Below are positions 45,763 through 54,565 of a DNA stretch of 64,000 bases, one piece after another; position 1 is the first letter of the stretch, and each line of letters starts with the position of its first letter. This DNA is from Oscillospiraceae bacterium (lineage in GTDB: Bacteria; Bacillota; Clostridia; Oscillospirales; CAG-272): assembly GCA_015063395.1 (NCBI GenBank), contig SVUF01000001.1, positions 1,336 through 65,335 on the forward strand, written 5' to 3'. The translations under genes were made by a program, and so were the position numbers. Under the pieces are notes generated by a model that saw nothing but the letters and a program-made list of their open reading frames with translations, did no database searches and had not been told where the DNA came from.

Positions 45763-47490
45763 TCAGTCTACATTTGAAATGGCATTGATCATTTCCGTAA
45801 CCTTTGCCTTGATAAGCTCTGCCGCGTTGTCTGCGGTGAGATCTACGGTAAAGGACTTATCTCTTGCGGAAAGCTCAATTGCTCCTCGTTCAAGAGTTCT
45901 TGGGCTGACAACTGCACGGAGAGGTACGCCTATAAGGTCTGCATCTGCAAACATAGAGCCTGCACCGATGTTTCTGTCATCATAGATAACCTCAACGCCA
46001 AGCTTTTTCAGATCCTCATAGAGCTTATCCGCTGTCTTTCTTACATTTTCATCGTCAACACGGAGAGCGCAGAGCTGAACCTGCCACGGTGCTATGGTAA
46101 TGGGCCAGATAGGTCCAAACTTGTCACGGCGTACCTGACATACGGAGGCGATAAGTCTTCCCACACCGATACCGTAACAGCCCATAATGGGGCACTGAAG
46201 CTCGCCGTTGCTGTCAAGGTACTGAAGTCCCATGGATTCTGTATATTTTGTTCCAAGCTGGAATATATTACCAACCTCAATACCGCGGCTGATCTTAATG
46301 GAATGCTTGCCGCAAACAGGACATATACCGCCCTCAAATGCTTTTGCAACGCTTACGTATTCAACATCTCCAATATCACGAGCCATATTCATTCCAACAT
46401 AGTGGTAGTCGGTCTTGTTAGCCCCCGCAACGAAGCTTTCAAGAGTGCGAAGTGACTCGTCATATACAACGGTAACGCCCTCGGGGAGTCCCTTGGGTCC
46501 TATATATCCTGCGCAAACCCCCATTTCCTCGGTGACGATTGCAGGGTGGATATCTGCCTTCAAGTGATTCTTGAGCTTTGTTTCGTTTACGTCAAGGTCA
46601 CCTCTCAGGAATACGATAACAAGGGAATCGTCAACGTTTCTCTGATAAAGCACTGCCTTGCATGAATTGATGGCAGGCTTCTTGAGGTATGTACATACCT
46701 CCTCAATTGTTTTATATCCGGGTGTGTGAACCTCGGCAAGCTCTTCAACTCCGCAGGGAGCATTTTCAACAATGCAGTCAGCCGCTTCCATATTGGAACG
46801 GTAATTACATTCGGGACAGATCACAATTGTGTCCTCACCGATGTCTGTAAGAAGCATGAATTCATGGGAAACGCGTCCGCCCATCATGCCCGAGTCGGAT
46901 TTAACTGCCACGACCTCCGGTACTCCGCAGCGTGCGAAAATACGCTCGTAGGCATGGTAGCAAATCTCATAGTACTTTTCAAGATCCTCTTGTGAGGTGT
47001 GGAAGGAGTATGCATCCTTCATTGTAAATTCACGGGTACGGATAAGTCCTCCGCGGGAACGGGGCTCATCTCTGAACTTGGTCTGGATCTGGTAGATCAT
47101 GAACGGATATTTTGCATATGACTGAGCCACATCTCTTACGATCTGAACAGCCGCTTCCTCATGTGTCATTCCAAGGACCATATCAATGCCGTTTCTGTCC
47201 TTGAAGCGCAGAAGCTCGGATCCGATGGAATCAAAACGTCCCGATTCCTGCCACAATGCTCCGGGCATTACTACGGGGAACAATACCTCCTGTCCGTCGA
47301 TTCTGTCCATTTCCTCTCTCATGATGGTTTCGATCTTGTGGGCGATACGCTTTGTTGCAGGGAACATTGAGAATACTCCTGTTCCAACAGGCTTGATATA
47401 TCCGCCCCTCATCATAAGTGACTGGCTTTCAATTATACAATCGGCAGGAGCTTTTTTTTCGGTTTTAAATAATAATTGCTGTACCTTCAT
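45763..47490 (-). CDS. proS: proline--tRNA ligase (bacterial type with an editing insertion)
   Basis: 575 aa. The N-terminus (ESQSLMMRGGYIKPVGTGVFSMFP) and the class II motifs and anticodon-binding C-terminus are typical of ProRS. Confidence 0.92.
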   Translation of the reverse strand: MKVQQLLFKTEKKAPADCIIESQSLMMRGGYIKPVGTGVFSMFPATKRIAHKIETIMREEMDRIDGQEVLFPVVMPGALWQESGRFDSIGSELLRFKDRNGIDMVLGMTHEEAAVQIVRDVAQSYAKYPFMIYQIQTKFRDEPRSRGGLIRTREFTMKDAYSFHTSQEDLEKYYEICYHAYERIFARCGVPEVVAVKSDSGMMGGRVSHEFMLLTDIGEDTIVICPECNYRSNMEAADCIVENAPCGVEELAEVHTPGYKTIEEVCTYLKKPAINSCKAVLYQRNVDDSLVIVFLRGDLDVNETKLKNHLKADIHPAIVTEEMGVCAGYIGPKGLPEGVTVVYDESLRTLESFVAGANKTDYHYVGMNMARDIGDVEYVSVAKAFEGGICPVCGKHSIKISRGIEVGNIFQLGTKYTESMGLQYLDSNGELQCPIMGCYGIGVGRLIASVCQVRRDKFGPIWPITIAPWQVQLCALRVDDENVRKTADKLYEDLKKLGVEVIYDDRNIGAGSMFADADLIGVPLRAVVSPRTLERGAIELSARDKSFTVDLTADNAAELIKAKVTEMINAISNVD

Positions 47491-47522
47491 ATTTTCTCTC
47501 CTTTTTACTTTAGGTTATTTTA

Positions 47523-47664
47523 GGGGAACTTTTTTTCAAAAAGTTCCCCTATAACCCCTCAAAAACTTTTGGAATTGTTGTATAAATAACTGAATCCTTT
47601 TATTGAAGTTTTTTGATCCAAACTTTTTTACAAAAAAGTTTGGTGGGTGTGGGGCAAAGCCCCA
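47523..47664. repeat. Mosaic of hairpin repeat modules filling the thrS-proS spacer (same architecture as 9866-10033)
   Basis: The modules are ggggaactttttttcaaaaagttcccc (47523-47549), cccctcaaaaacttttgg, a 39-mer at 47606-47644 identical to 9995-10033, and ggtgggtgtggggcaaagcccca (47642-47664). Confidence 0.9.
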
Positions 47665-47674
47665 TACTAAACAA

Positions 47675-49450
47675 TTAATCTTTGATCTGATCAAGAGCAG
47701 TGATGAGGTCGAGGGATTTTTCCTCGTTCATCTGCTCGGACATTTTGAGGAATGTGGTGTAGGGAATGCCGTTGAGGCTCTTGCCGCCGCGGATGTTGAG
47801 GGAAACTGCCTCTTCCTGAACTTCCTTGTCGCCGATTACAATTACATAGGGAAGTCTTTCGTTCTTGTACTTCTTGATCTTTTCCTTCATGTTGGAATCG
47901 GAGGTGTCGAGCTCATAGCGGATCTTCTTCTTTCTGAAGATTGCTGCAAGCTTTTCAGCATATTCGTTATGCTCGGGGCGGATGGGAACTATGCCTACCT
48001 GAACGGGAGATACCCAATAGGGGAATGCGCCCTTGAAGTTTTCGATGAGGATTCCGAGGAATCTTTCCATTGAACCGTAGATTACGCGGTGAATGATAAC
48101 AGGGGTCTTCTGTGAGCCGTCGGAATCGGTGTAAGTGATGTCAAAATTACGGGGGAGCTGGAAGTCGAGCTGGATGGTACCCATCTGCCACTGACGCTTC
48201 AGAGCGTCCTTCATCATAATGTCGATCTTGGGACCGTAGAATGCGCCGTCGCCTTCGTTGATGTCATAGCCGCCCTCACCGTATCTTGCGTCGAGAATAG
48301 CCTTAAGAGCTGTTTCGGCCTTATCCCAAAGTTCAATGTCGCCCATAAAGTCATCGGGTCTTGTGGAAAGCTCGGGACGGTATTCAAGACCGAAGATTCC
48401 GTAGAATTTGTCAGCGATGTCGAGGATCGCGTTAACCTCGTCAAAGATCTGATTTTCGGTAATGAAGTTGTGTGAGTCGTCCTGACGGAACATCTGAACT
48501 CTGAGAAGTCCGTTTAGCTCACCTGACTTTTCCTTTCTGTGAAGAACGTCGCAGTCGGAAAGTCTGAGGGGAAGCTCTCTGTAGGAGCGGCCCTTTCTCT
48601 TGTAAACGATAATTGAGTTGGGGCAGTTCATGGGCTTTACGCCGTAGGTTGTGTTCTCATCGATATTGATGGTGAACATATTGTGCTGATAGTGATCCCA
48701 GTGTCCCGAAGTAACCCAAAGAGAGTTGGAGTTGATGATGGGAGAAGAGATCTCCTGATATCCGCGAGCCTCGTGCTCCTCGCGCCAGAAATCGAGAATG
48801 AGGTTGAAGAGCTTCCAGCCCTTTGGAAGCCAATAAGGCATACCGGGGGCAGTTTCGTCCATAAAGAACAGATCAAGCTGAGGACCGAGCTTTCTGTGGT
48901 CGCGTTCCTTTGCTTCTTCAAGGAACTTGAGATGCTCTTTCAGCTCATCCTTGGACTTAAATGCGAACACATAGATTCTCTGGAGGTTTTCTCTCTTTTC
49001 GTCGCCTCTCCAATATGCGCTGGAGCAGGATTTGATCTTGTAGGCGCAGTTGAGAAGATCCTGTGAGTTGTCAACGTGAGGGCCACGGCAAAGATCCACA
49101 AAATCGTTGCCTGTTTTGTAGATCGTGATCTTTTCGTTCTCGGGAAGATCGTTGATAAGCTCCACCTTAAAGGGCTGATCTGCAAAAAGCTCAAGGGCAG
49201 CCTCACGGCTGAGCTCTTCACAGGTGAAGTCCTCTTTACGTCTGAGGATCTCTCTCATTTTATCTTCGATCTTTGGGAAGTCCTCTGAAGTAATGGATTG
49301 GGGAAGCAAAAAGTCATAGTAGAAGCCCTCGTCGATCTGCGGACCGATTGCAAGCTTTGTGTTTTCCTTACCGTATATTTCGGTAACGGCTTTAGCAAGA
49401 ATGTGAGCTAAAGAGTGACGGAAACACTGATTGAAAATTTCCTTGTTCAT
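47675..49450 (-). CDS. thrS: threonine--tRNA ligase (short form; begins at the editing domain with no N-terminal TGS domain)
   Basis: The editing-domain HSLAHILAKAV lies at the extreme N-terminus. A class II core and an anticodon-binding C-terminus follow. A T-box leader with an ACC specifier lies upstream. Confidence 0.92.
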   Translation of the reverse strand: MNKEIFNQCFRHSLAHILAKAVTEIYGKENTKLAIGPQIDEGFYYDFLLPQSITSEDFPKIEDKMREILRRKEDFTCEELSREAALELFADQPFKVELINDLPENEKITIYKTGNDFVDLCRGPHVDNSQDLLNCAYKIKSCSSAYWRGDEKRENLQRIYVFAFKSKDELKEHLKFLEEAKERDHRKLGPQLDLFFMDETAPGMPYWLPKGWKLFNLILDFWREEHEARGYQEISSPIINSNSLWVTSGHWDHYQHNMFTINIDENTTYGVKPMNCPNSIIVYKRKGRSYRELPLRLSDCDVLHRKEKSGELNGLLRVQMFRQDDSHNFITENQIFDEVNAILDIADKFYGIFGLEYRPELSTRPDDFMGDIELWDKAETALKAILDARYGEGGYDINEGDGAFYGPKIDIMMKDALKRQWQMGTIQLDFQLPRNFDITYTDSDGSQKTPVIIHRVIYGSMERFLGILIENFKGAFPYWVSPVQVGIVPIRPEHNEYAEKLAAIFRKKKIRYELDTSDSNMKEKIKKYKNERLPYVIVIGDKEVQEEAVSLNIRGGKSLNGIPYTTFLKMSEQMNEEKSLDLITALDQIKD

Positions 49451-49499
49451 TTGGTTTCTCCTTATATCTTAAAATATCAATAACAAATTTACGGAAGGA

Positions 49500-49714
49500 C
49501 GCCTAAAAATAAAGAAAGCATCCTTAATTGATCCCGAAAGGGAAAAATTTAAGGACGCAATTTATGCGCGGTTCCACCTTAATTGTATGAAAACATACCA
49601 CTCATTTAATGTATAACGATGTCAAAAGCGAAGTGGTTTCGACGCTTGGGGCTTTTACTGCACTCACACCAACGGCAGCTCTCTGCGAAAAGCTTGTCAA
49701 GGCTACTTGTCTTC
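49500..49714 (-). promoter_or_regulatory. T-box riboswitch leader (Thr-specific) of thrS
   Basis: On the minus strand: an AGAGA/GA motif, a GGUGUGAG distal-loop-like motif, the specifier context GAA-ACC-A (ACC = complement of 49635-49637), the T-box sequence AATTAAGGTGGAACCGCG (complement of 49567-49584), and a terminator gcgtccttaa...ttaaggatgc followed by a U-run (49506-49558). Confidence 0.85.
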
Positions 49715-49720
49715 TCGGTG

Positions 49721-49749
49721 ATTATAGCATTTTCTTTATATTTTGTCAA
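49721..49749 (-). promoter_or_regulatory. consensus sigma-A promoter of the thrS T-box leader
   Basis: On the minus strand: TTGACA (49749-49744), a 17-nt spacer, then TATAAT (49726-49721). Confidence 0.7.
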
Positions 49750-49921
49750 GTGGTGCGGAAATTTTTTTGAAAAAACTATTGACTTTTACCCTACGGAAAA
49801 TGATAAAACATAATAAAACATGGGGAGAAGGCAGCGCAAAGTGTCTATTGTGGATAATAACCAAATATCATATTATGAATTTGTGCATAAAAGAGAATTG
49901 CGAAAAATCCTTAAAACTCTG

Positions 49922-49951
49922 TTGACAATCATGTGACTGTTATGGTATAAT
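49922..49951 (+). promoter_or_regulatory. consensus sigma-A promoter at the head of the AT-rich membrane-protein island
   Basis: TTGACA (49922-49927), an 18-nt spacer, then TATAAT (49946-49951). AAAGGAGG (49966-49973) and ATG 49982 follow. Confidence 0.65.
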
Positions 49952-50018
49952 TGTGATACAAGGACAAAGGAGGTATTTGTCATGAAAAAATAAAAAGAGA
50001 ATTATAAGAGTAATTGCG

Positions 50019-50927
50019 GTGGCAACACTTTTGCTGATTGCATTGAGCTTACTTGTGTCCTGCGAAAGCTTCAGCGAAGAAAAACAAATGGAAATGAAGA
50101 CGAAAGCAGAGATTTTTGTAGATTGCTTGATGAAAAAAGATGTGGAAAAAGCCTTTGATCAAGTGAATAAACGTTATATATCTAAAGAAGATTTTTATGC
50201 TGCGTTTCCTCAGATGATAGAATATTTAGGCGGCTTTTCTCGATACAATTTAACCGGTCCTGTAGGCTATAGAGTGAAAACTTCAAATGGAGTAACATAT
50301 GCTTGGATGGATTTCCTTGTGGAGACAGATAATCGCGACTTCTACATTGAAGTTGGAACGGCAGGAGACAGCACTGCTCTTGCAAGCTGTAACGTATCGT
50401 TGAAGGATGATGTGGATGTTGCATCGGGCAAGCCGTTTGCAAATATAATCGGCAAATCTCCGCTTCAGATCGTGGTTTTGGCATATGGGGTTGCTTCTTT
50501 GGCATTTGTGGTACTGATGGTGATCGACTGTGCAAGAAAGAACATCAAGAAAAAGGCTCTTTGGATAGTAGTGATCATTCTTGGACAAATAGCGTTTATT
50601 TTTAACATGGGAAACGGCGTCAGCACCAGCTTTAATTTAGGTTTTTATTTAACCTTCAGCGCTCTGTCAATTTCGGAGAATATCTCAGTTTTGAGATTGA
50701 TCGTTCCCGTCGGTGCCATAATTTACATGATAAGACGCAAAAGACTTGTTGTGAACGAACAAAGCCATATAGTTGCGGAATTTGAGGTGTCAGAACAGAC
50801 CTGTCCCGCCTCTTCGGACAACGGTCTTTCGGATAATTGTAACAGTAGCGAAGGCGAAACAGAAGAGCCGAAAGAGAATGTAACGGAAGAAAAAAAAGAA
50901 AAGGAAGATGGCAACAATGAAGGCTAA
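50019..50927 (+). CDS. lipoprotein-like membrane protein (N-terminal soluble domain, TM helices, acidic tail); the natural ATG at 49982 is offset by 1 nt at an A-tract
   Basis: The ORF as called starts at GTG 50019 (MATLLLIALSLLVSC). The same frame is open back to 49986 and encodes KNKKRIIRVIAV, i.e. the missing n-region of a lipoprotein signal peptide. See the finding. Confidence 0.55.
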   Translation: MATLLLIALSLLVSCESFSEEKQMEMKTKAEIFVDCLMKKDVEKAFDQVNKRYISKEDFYAAFPQMIEYLGGFSRYNLTGPVGYRVKTSNGVTYAWMDFLVETDNRDFYIEVGTAGDSTALASCNVSLKDDVDVASGKPFANIIGKSPLQIVVLAYGVASLAFVVLMVIDCARKNIKKKALWIVVIILGQIAFIFNMGNGVSTSFNLGFYLTFSALSISENISVLRLIVPVGAIIYMIRRKRLVVNEQSHIVAEFEVSEQTCPASSDNGLSDNCNSSEGETEEPKENVTEEKKEKEDGNNEG

Positions 50928-51642
50928 ACTGCAAACCGACAAGGAGCAGAGCATGGTTCAGCTCAATTTATTTGCGTCCGTTGAAATGATGCTCACCGCG
51001 TATATAGTTTTCATTCTTTCCGTGTACTTCATAGGCAGGCTTGCGAAAAACGCAGAGATCGTTTCATGGGGACTGCTCGGATATGGAGCTTTGATGTCGA
51101 TCCTTGCGATTATTCCTCATTATTTTGGAAAACGCAACAGGGCTTTTTATGTAGTGAGTTTTATAATGAATATCATAGGCGCGGGCTCCGCGGCATCTGC
51201 GCTGATCAAGGAGACCTTGCCCGCGCTTCATGAGCTTATAGGCTATTGTGTACCGTCATTTGTATTTTTATTTGTCATAGGCGCGATAATGTTCATTTTC
51301 ACATGCTTTTCCGAGGATGCAAGAGCCTATGCGTCTGTTGGAGCGATGATTCTTGGAATAGTGTTTGCTGTTGTGATGCTGGTAATGTGGATCAAAAACG
51401 GAGGCTTTTTGTGGAGCTTTGGATTTTTTACAAGCGTAATTACCGCATTTTTGACTGTTGCCATGGCTTTGTCCCTTGATGGAAATGAGTTTTTGGCAAT
51501 GAAGCATACTTCCATGGGAAGCTTTGGCGGATTTTTGATAGTTTTTATCGTGGTTCTTTTCGTTTTGTCCGAAGGAGAGATCCTTGATTCACTTGACATT
51601 GATTTGCCGGGCGGAAAAAAGAATAAGGCTGTAAAGAAATAG
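50917..51642 (+). CDS. polytopic membrane protein, function unknown
   Basis: ~6 predicted TM helices. AAGGAAG is suitably spaced from ATG 50917 (the track start is 50908). The gene overlaps the upstream stop. Confidence 0.5.
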   Translation: MKAKLQTDKEQSMVQLNLFASVEMMLTAYIVFILSVYFIGRLAKNAEIVSWGLLGYGALMSILAIIPHYFGKRNRAFYVVSFIMNIIGAGSAASALIKETLPALHELIGYCVPSFVFLFVIGAIMFIFTCFSEDARAYASVGAMILGIVFAVVMLVMWIKNGGFLWSFGFFTSVITAFLTVAMALSLDGNEFLAMKHTSMGSFGGFLIVFIVVLFVLSEGEILDSLDIDLPGGKKNKAVKK

Positions 51643-51652
51643 GGGAAATAAA

Positions 51653-52150
51653 ATGATAAAATTTGAAGGCAGTTTATCAGAGACTTGCTATAAATTTTTT
51701 GTAAAGGCAAGGTTTAAATATGCTATAAAGGGTTGGCTTATTGTGGAGATATTCTTTTTATGTCCATTTTTAACTTTGGCTCTATTATTTGATTCTCCTG
51801 AGTGGCACATATTTTACATATGTATTGTTGCAGTTTGTTCACTTGGTTTAGGTTTATTGTTTTTGCTTCCACCATTAAAATATAATTACGAAAATGTCGT
51901 ACCCAAAAAAGTTGTTTTTTACGAGGATGGACATATGCAGGCTCAAACAAAAAACCTTAAGGAACACAGAACAATTGACAATGTAAAGTATGTTGTTGAT
52001 TTTGGCGAGGGCTATTTTATATATTTTGATTGGTGGCACAAAAGCATATCTTTTATCTGTCAAAAGGATTTAGTATCTGAAGATAGCATAGAAAAATTCG
52101 AGAAACTTTTTGAAGGCAGAATTGAACGTGTTCAGAATAAAAATAAATAA
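51653..52150 (+). CDS. YcxB-like membrane protein (paralogue of 53975-54475)
   Basis: Two TM helices, then ...FICQKDLVSEDSIEKFEKLFEGRIERVQNK. The C-terminus is near-identical in pattern to the 53975 product. Confidence 0.5.
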   Translation: MIKFEGSLSETCYKFFVKARFKYAIKGWLIVEIFFLCPFLTLALLFDSPEWHIFYICIVAVCSLGLGLLFLLPPLKYNYENVVPKKVVFYEDGHMQAQTKNLKEHRTIDNVKYVVDFGEGYFIYFDWWHKSISFICQKDLVSEDSIEKFEKLFEGRIERVQNKNK

Positions 52151-52167
52151 GAGAGCAGGTGAATTAT

Positions 52168-52500
52168 ATGAAAAACAATCGTAAAAACCGAATTGTGCAA
52201 TTATGTATGAGTATTATCCCACTGTTTTCAACGTTATTTATAGCAATAACAACATTTGTTGCAATTTCAAAAATCCAAGATACTAAGGTTAAGGACAAAA
52301 TATATCTAACTCTTGGTTCTATTTGTTTGATTTCAGGATTGCTTAGCAGTCTTTTGAACAGATATCTGATTTACAATCAAGAAATATTGATTAGAGTTGC
52401 AATCACCGGCTGTGTGTTGTTTCTCTTTAATTGTGTTTTTGTTGTTATTCAAAGAAAATGTGAGAACATAATTTCAAACGAAAAAGATTCAAACGAATGA
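52168..52500 (+). CDS. small membrane protein (3 TM), function unknown
   Basis: ATG 52168 (the track start at 52159 is GTG). The sequence is hydrophobic and the gene is tightly spaced in the island. Confidence 0.45.
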   Translation: MKNNRKNRIVQLCMSIIPLFSTLFIAITTFVAISKIQDTKVKDKIYLTLGSICLISGLLSSLLNRYLIYNQEILIRVAITGCVLFLFNCVFVVIQRKCENIISNEKDSNE

Positions 52501-52579
52501 AATTTTAGATTAAAGTTGATAATTGCGAAGATATTATAGAAAGGATCATTATATATCATTTCGTGAGGTATTTAATACG

Positions 52580-53701
52580 ATGCATTTTAGTTATTCAGAG
52601 TATTATAATAATGGATTCGTTATTCCCTTGTTTTTTCTGATTGCATCCTTTTCTTTTGCTGTCATTTCAATTATTAACTATCGCAGGAAAGTTAAGAAGG
52701 CAACTCTTGAACAATCAAATAATAAAAAATCCTTAATATTAATACTAATTTCATGTATTGTGGCTGTAATAATAGTTTCCACTCAAATGCAAACATTGAT
52801 GTATGGGATAAATCTTGTTGGTGAGTCTGCGGAAGATGCTATAGAATATGCCGGAGAGATCAAGCGCATAGAAAAAGTAGATCAATCTCCAAGATATATG
52901 CATAACGGTTCAGTTGTAAGAGCTTCAATTGTTGATGTCGGAGAAATGAGTTTTTATTTTATGACTGCTTCCGGTCTTAAAGTTGGTGATAAAATAAACA
53001 TTACGTATTTGCCCAATAGTACTATGGTTTTATCTTATGAATTGACTGACGATGGTTTTTTAAGTGATCAAGTCGTTGAAAATAAGGACGAAAATAGTAA
53101 TAAACATGGAACGTTTCTTTTCATGACTGTTTTGGTGTTGTTGTTTTTAGCAATTAAAGTTTCTCAATATATTGAAAAGAGTTATGTTAAACAAAAGTTA
53201 TCGGATGAGCTTGTATGGACTAAAAATGAGATTAGAGCATATAAAACATTAAAGATTAGATTCTTATCCTCTTTCTCTGTAGTATTTTGGTCTATGTTAT
53301 GTTCGATAATTAAAAAAGACATAACAATTACAATTCCATTTTGGGTAGCATTTTTGTTATTTTTTCTTACGTATAAAAATCGAAGAATTATATACAACAA
53401 CGACGGAATTACTCTATTTAACTTGTTTGGAAAAGCTACTATATACTCATGGAGCAAAATCACTTCAGTAGTTGAGGACAAACATTCAAATTTTTTATCA
53501 ACTACCGAAGATAAAGTTTTGAATATTACTTATAAAAGACAAAGTATATTCAAAACTGATGTTTTTCGTAATATATCGTTTGCCAGCGACGATTATATTG
53601 GTATTTTGCGCTTTTTGAAATACATTGATGATAATGAAGTATTAACTTACAAAGGGGTGATTGATTCAGACAATAGTAATATAAAAAACGAAAGTGTTTA
53701 A
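52580..53701 (+). CDS. membrane protein with two TM pairs and soluble beta-rich segments, function unknown
   Basis: The first ATG is at 52580 (the track start at 52523 is TTG), with GAGG upstream. I recognise no motif. Confidence 0.45.
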   Translation: MHFSYSEYYNNGFVIPLFFLIASFSFAVISIINYRRKVKKATLEQSNNKKSLILILISCIVAVIIVSTQMQTLMYGINLVGESAEDAIEYAGEIKRIEKVDQSPRYMHNGSVVRASIVDVGEMSFYFMTASGLKVGDKINITYLPNSTMVLSYELTDDGFLSDQVVENKDENSNKHGTFLFMTVLVLLFLAIKVSQYIEKSYVKQKLSDELVWTKNEIRAYKTLKIRFLSSFSVVFWSMLCSIIKKDITITIPFWVAFLLFFLTYKNRRIIYNNDGITLFNLFGKATIYSWSKITSVVEDKHSNFLSTTEDKVLNITYKRQSIFKTDVFRNISFASDDYIGILRFLKYIDDNEVLTYKGVIDSDNSNIKNESV

Positions 53702-53974
53702 AAAAGGATTCATAATACATAAAAAATTAAGATAAATCACCGGCAATATCATAAATCACTGTAAAAATTACTAAAATTTACAGAAATCTCATCGATTATC
53801 CCAAAAAATCGTTAATTATCCCAAATCGTTGACTTTTTTCTCAATTTATGTTACCGTATAAGCGGAAAAAGGTCAAACGTGGTATGGGGTGACGGACTGA
53901 AGAGTTACAATGGTTCAGCCGCCATTACAACAATCATTTCATCCGTAAACTTAACATATAAGGAGGTACACAAT

Positions 53975-54475
53975 ATGAATAGTGTTTTTGAATTTACAGG
54001 TGAATTATCAACAAAAGTTAAAAAGCGTATTTGTAATATTCACAAAATTACAACTTTAATTATCTTAACCATATCTACGCCAATTAGTCTTTTAATATCA
54101 TTGCCCGTGATAGGTTTGCTTATGGAAAACGGTACAAAGATAGCTCTTATAGTTACTGCATTGAGCTATCCGGTATTAATGATTATGTTGGCATTGATTT
54201 ATCCTACAAAATATGAGTATCCCGAAATTTTTCCTAAAATAATTTATATCACAGATGATGGATATATTGTAAGCCGGTGCGAAAAAGCAAAACGTGAAGA
54301 TAGCATTGACGGGGTTAAAAATGTTAAGGATTACGGTGAATGGTATGAGATAAACTTCTCAGGCGTTAAACACAAAGGCTTTTTTGTATGTCAAAAAGAC
54401 TTGTTAACAAAAGGATCCATTGAAGAATTTGAAAAGCTTTTTGAAGGCAGGATCGAGCGTATACAGAATAAATAA
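53975..54475 (+). CDS. YcxB-like membrane protein (paralogue of 51653-52150)
   Basis: AAGGAGG at 53960-53966 is followed by ATG 53975. Two TM helices, then ...FFVCQKDLLTKGSIEEFEKLFEGRIERIQNK. Confidence 0.5.
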   Translation: MNSVFEFTGELSTKVKKRICNIHKITTLIILTISTPISLLISLPVIGLLMENGTKIALIVTALSYPVLMIMLALIYPTKYEYPEIFPKIIYITDDGYIVSRCEKAKREDSIDGVKNVKDYGEWYEINFSGVKHKGFFVCQKDLLTKGSIEEFEKLFEGRIERIQNK

Positions 54476-54565
54476 AAAAAGAGACCATTAGGAACGTTCT
54501 CATAAGGATGTTTACAAATGTTGTTTTCTCTGCCGATTTGTGTTATAATGGTGGCAGCAAAAAAG

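Noticed and set aside
47491-47674. T-box leader upstream of proS (and likewise glnS, gltX, lysS)
   Set aside because: No GGTGG(T/A)ACCGCG T-box sequence appears on the relevant strand. The spacers are filled by the mosaic repeats, or are too short (gltX 50 bp, lysS 42 bp).
49619-49925. Small plus-strand ORFs (64 and 60 aa)
   Set aside because: They overlap the minus-strand thrS T-box leader and its promoter, and the island promoter region. They have no RBS.
49920-54480. Prophage, integrative element or defence island interpretation of the AT-rich block
   Set aside because: The block has no integrase, recombinase, phage structural gene, nuclease, ATPase or methyltransferase-like ORF. There are no flanking tRNA genes or direct repeats that I could identify. 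It contains only membrane proteins of unknown function.
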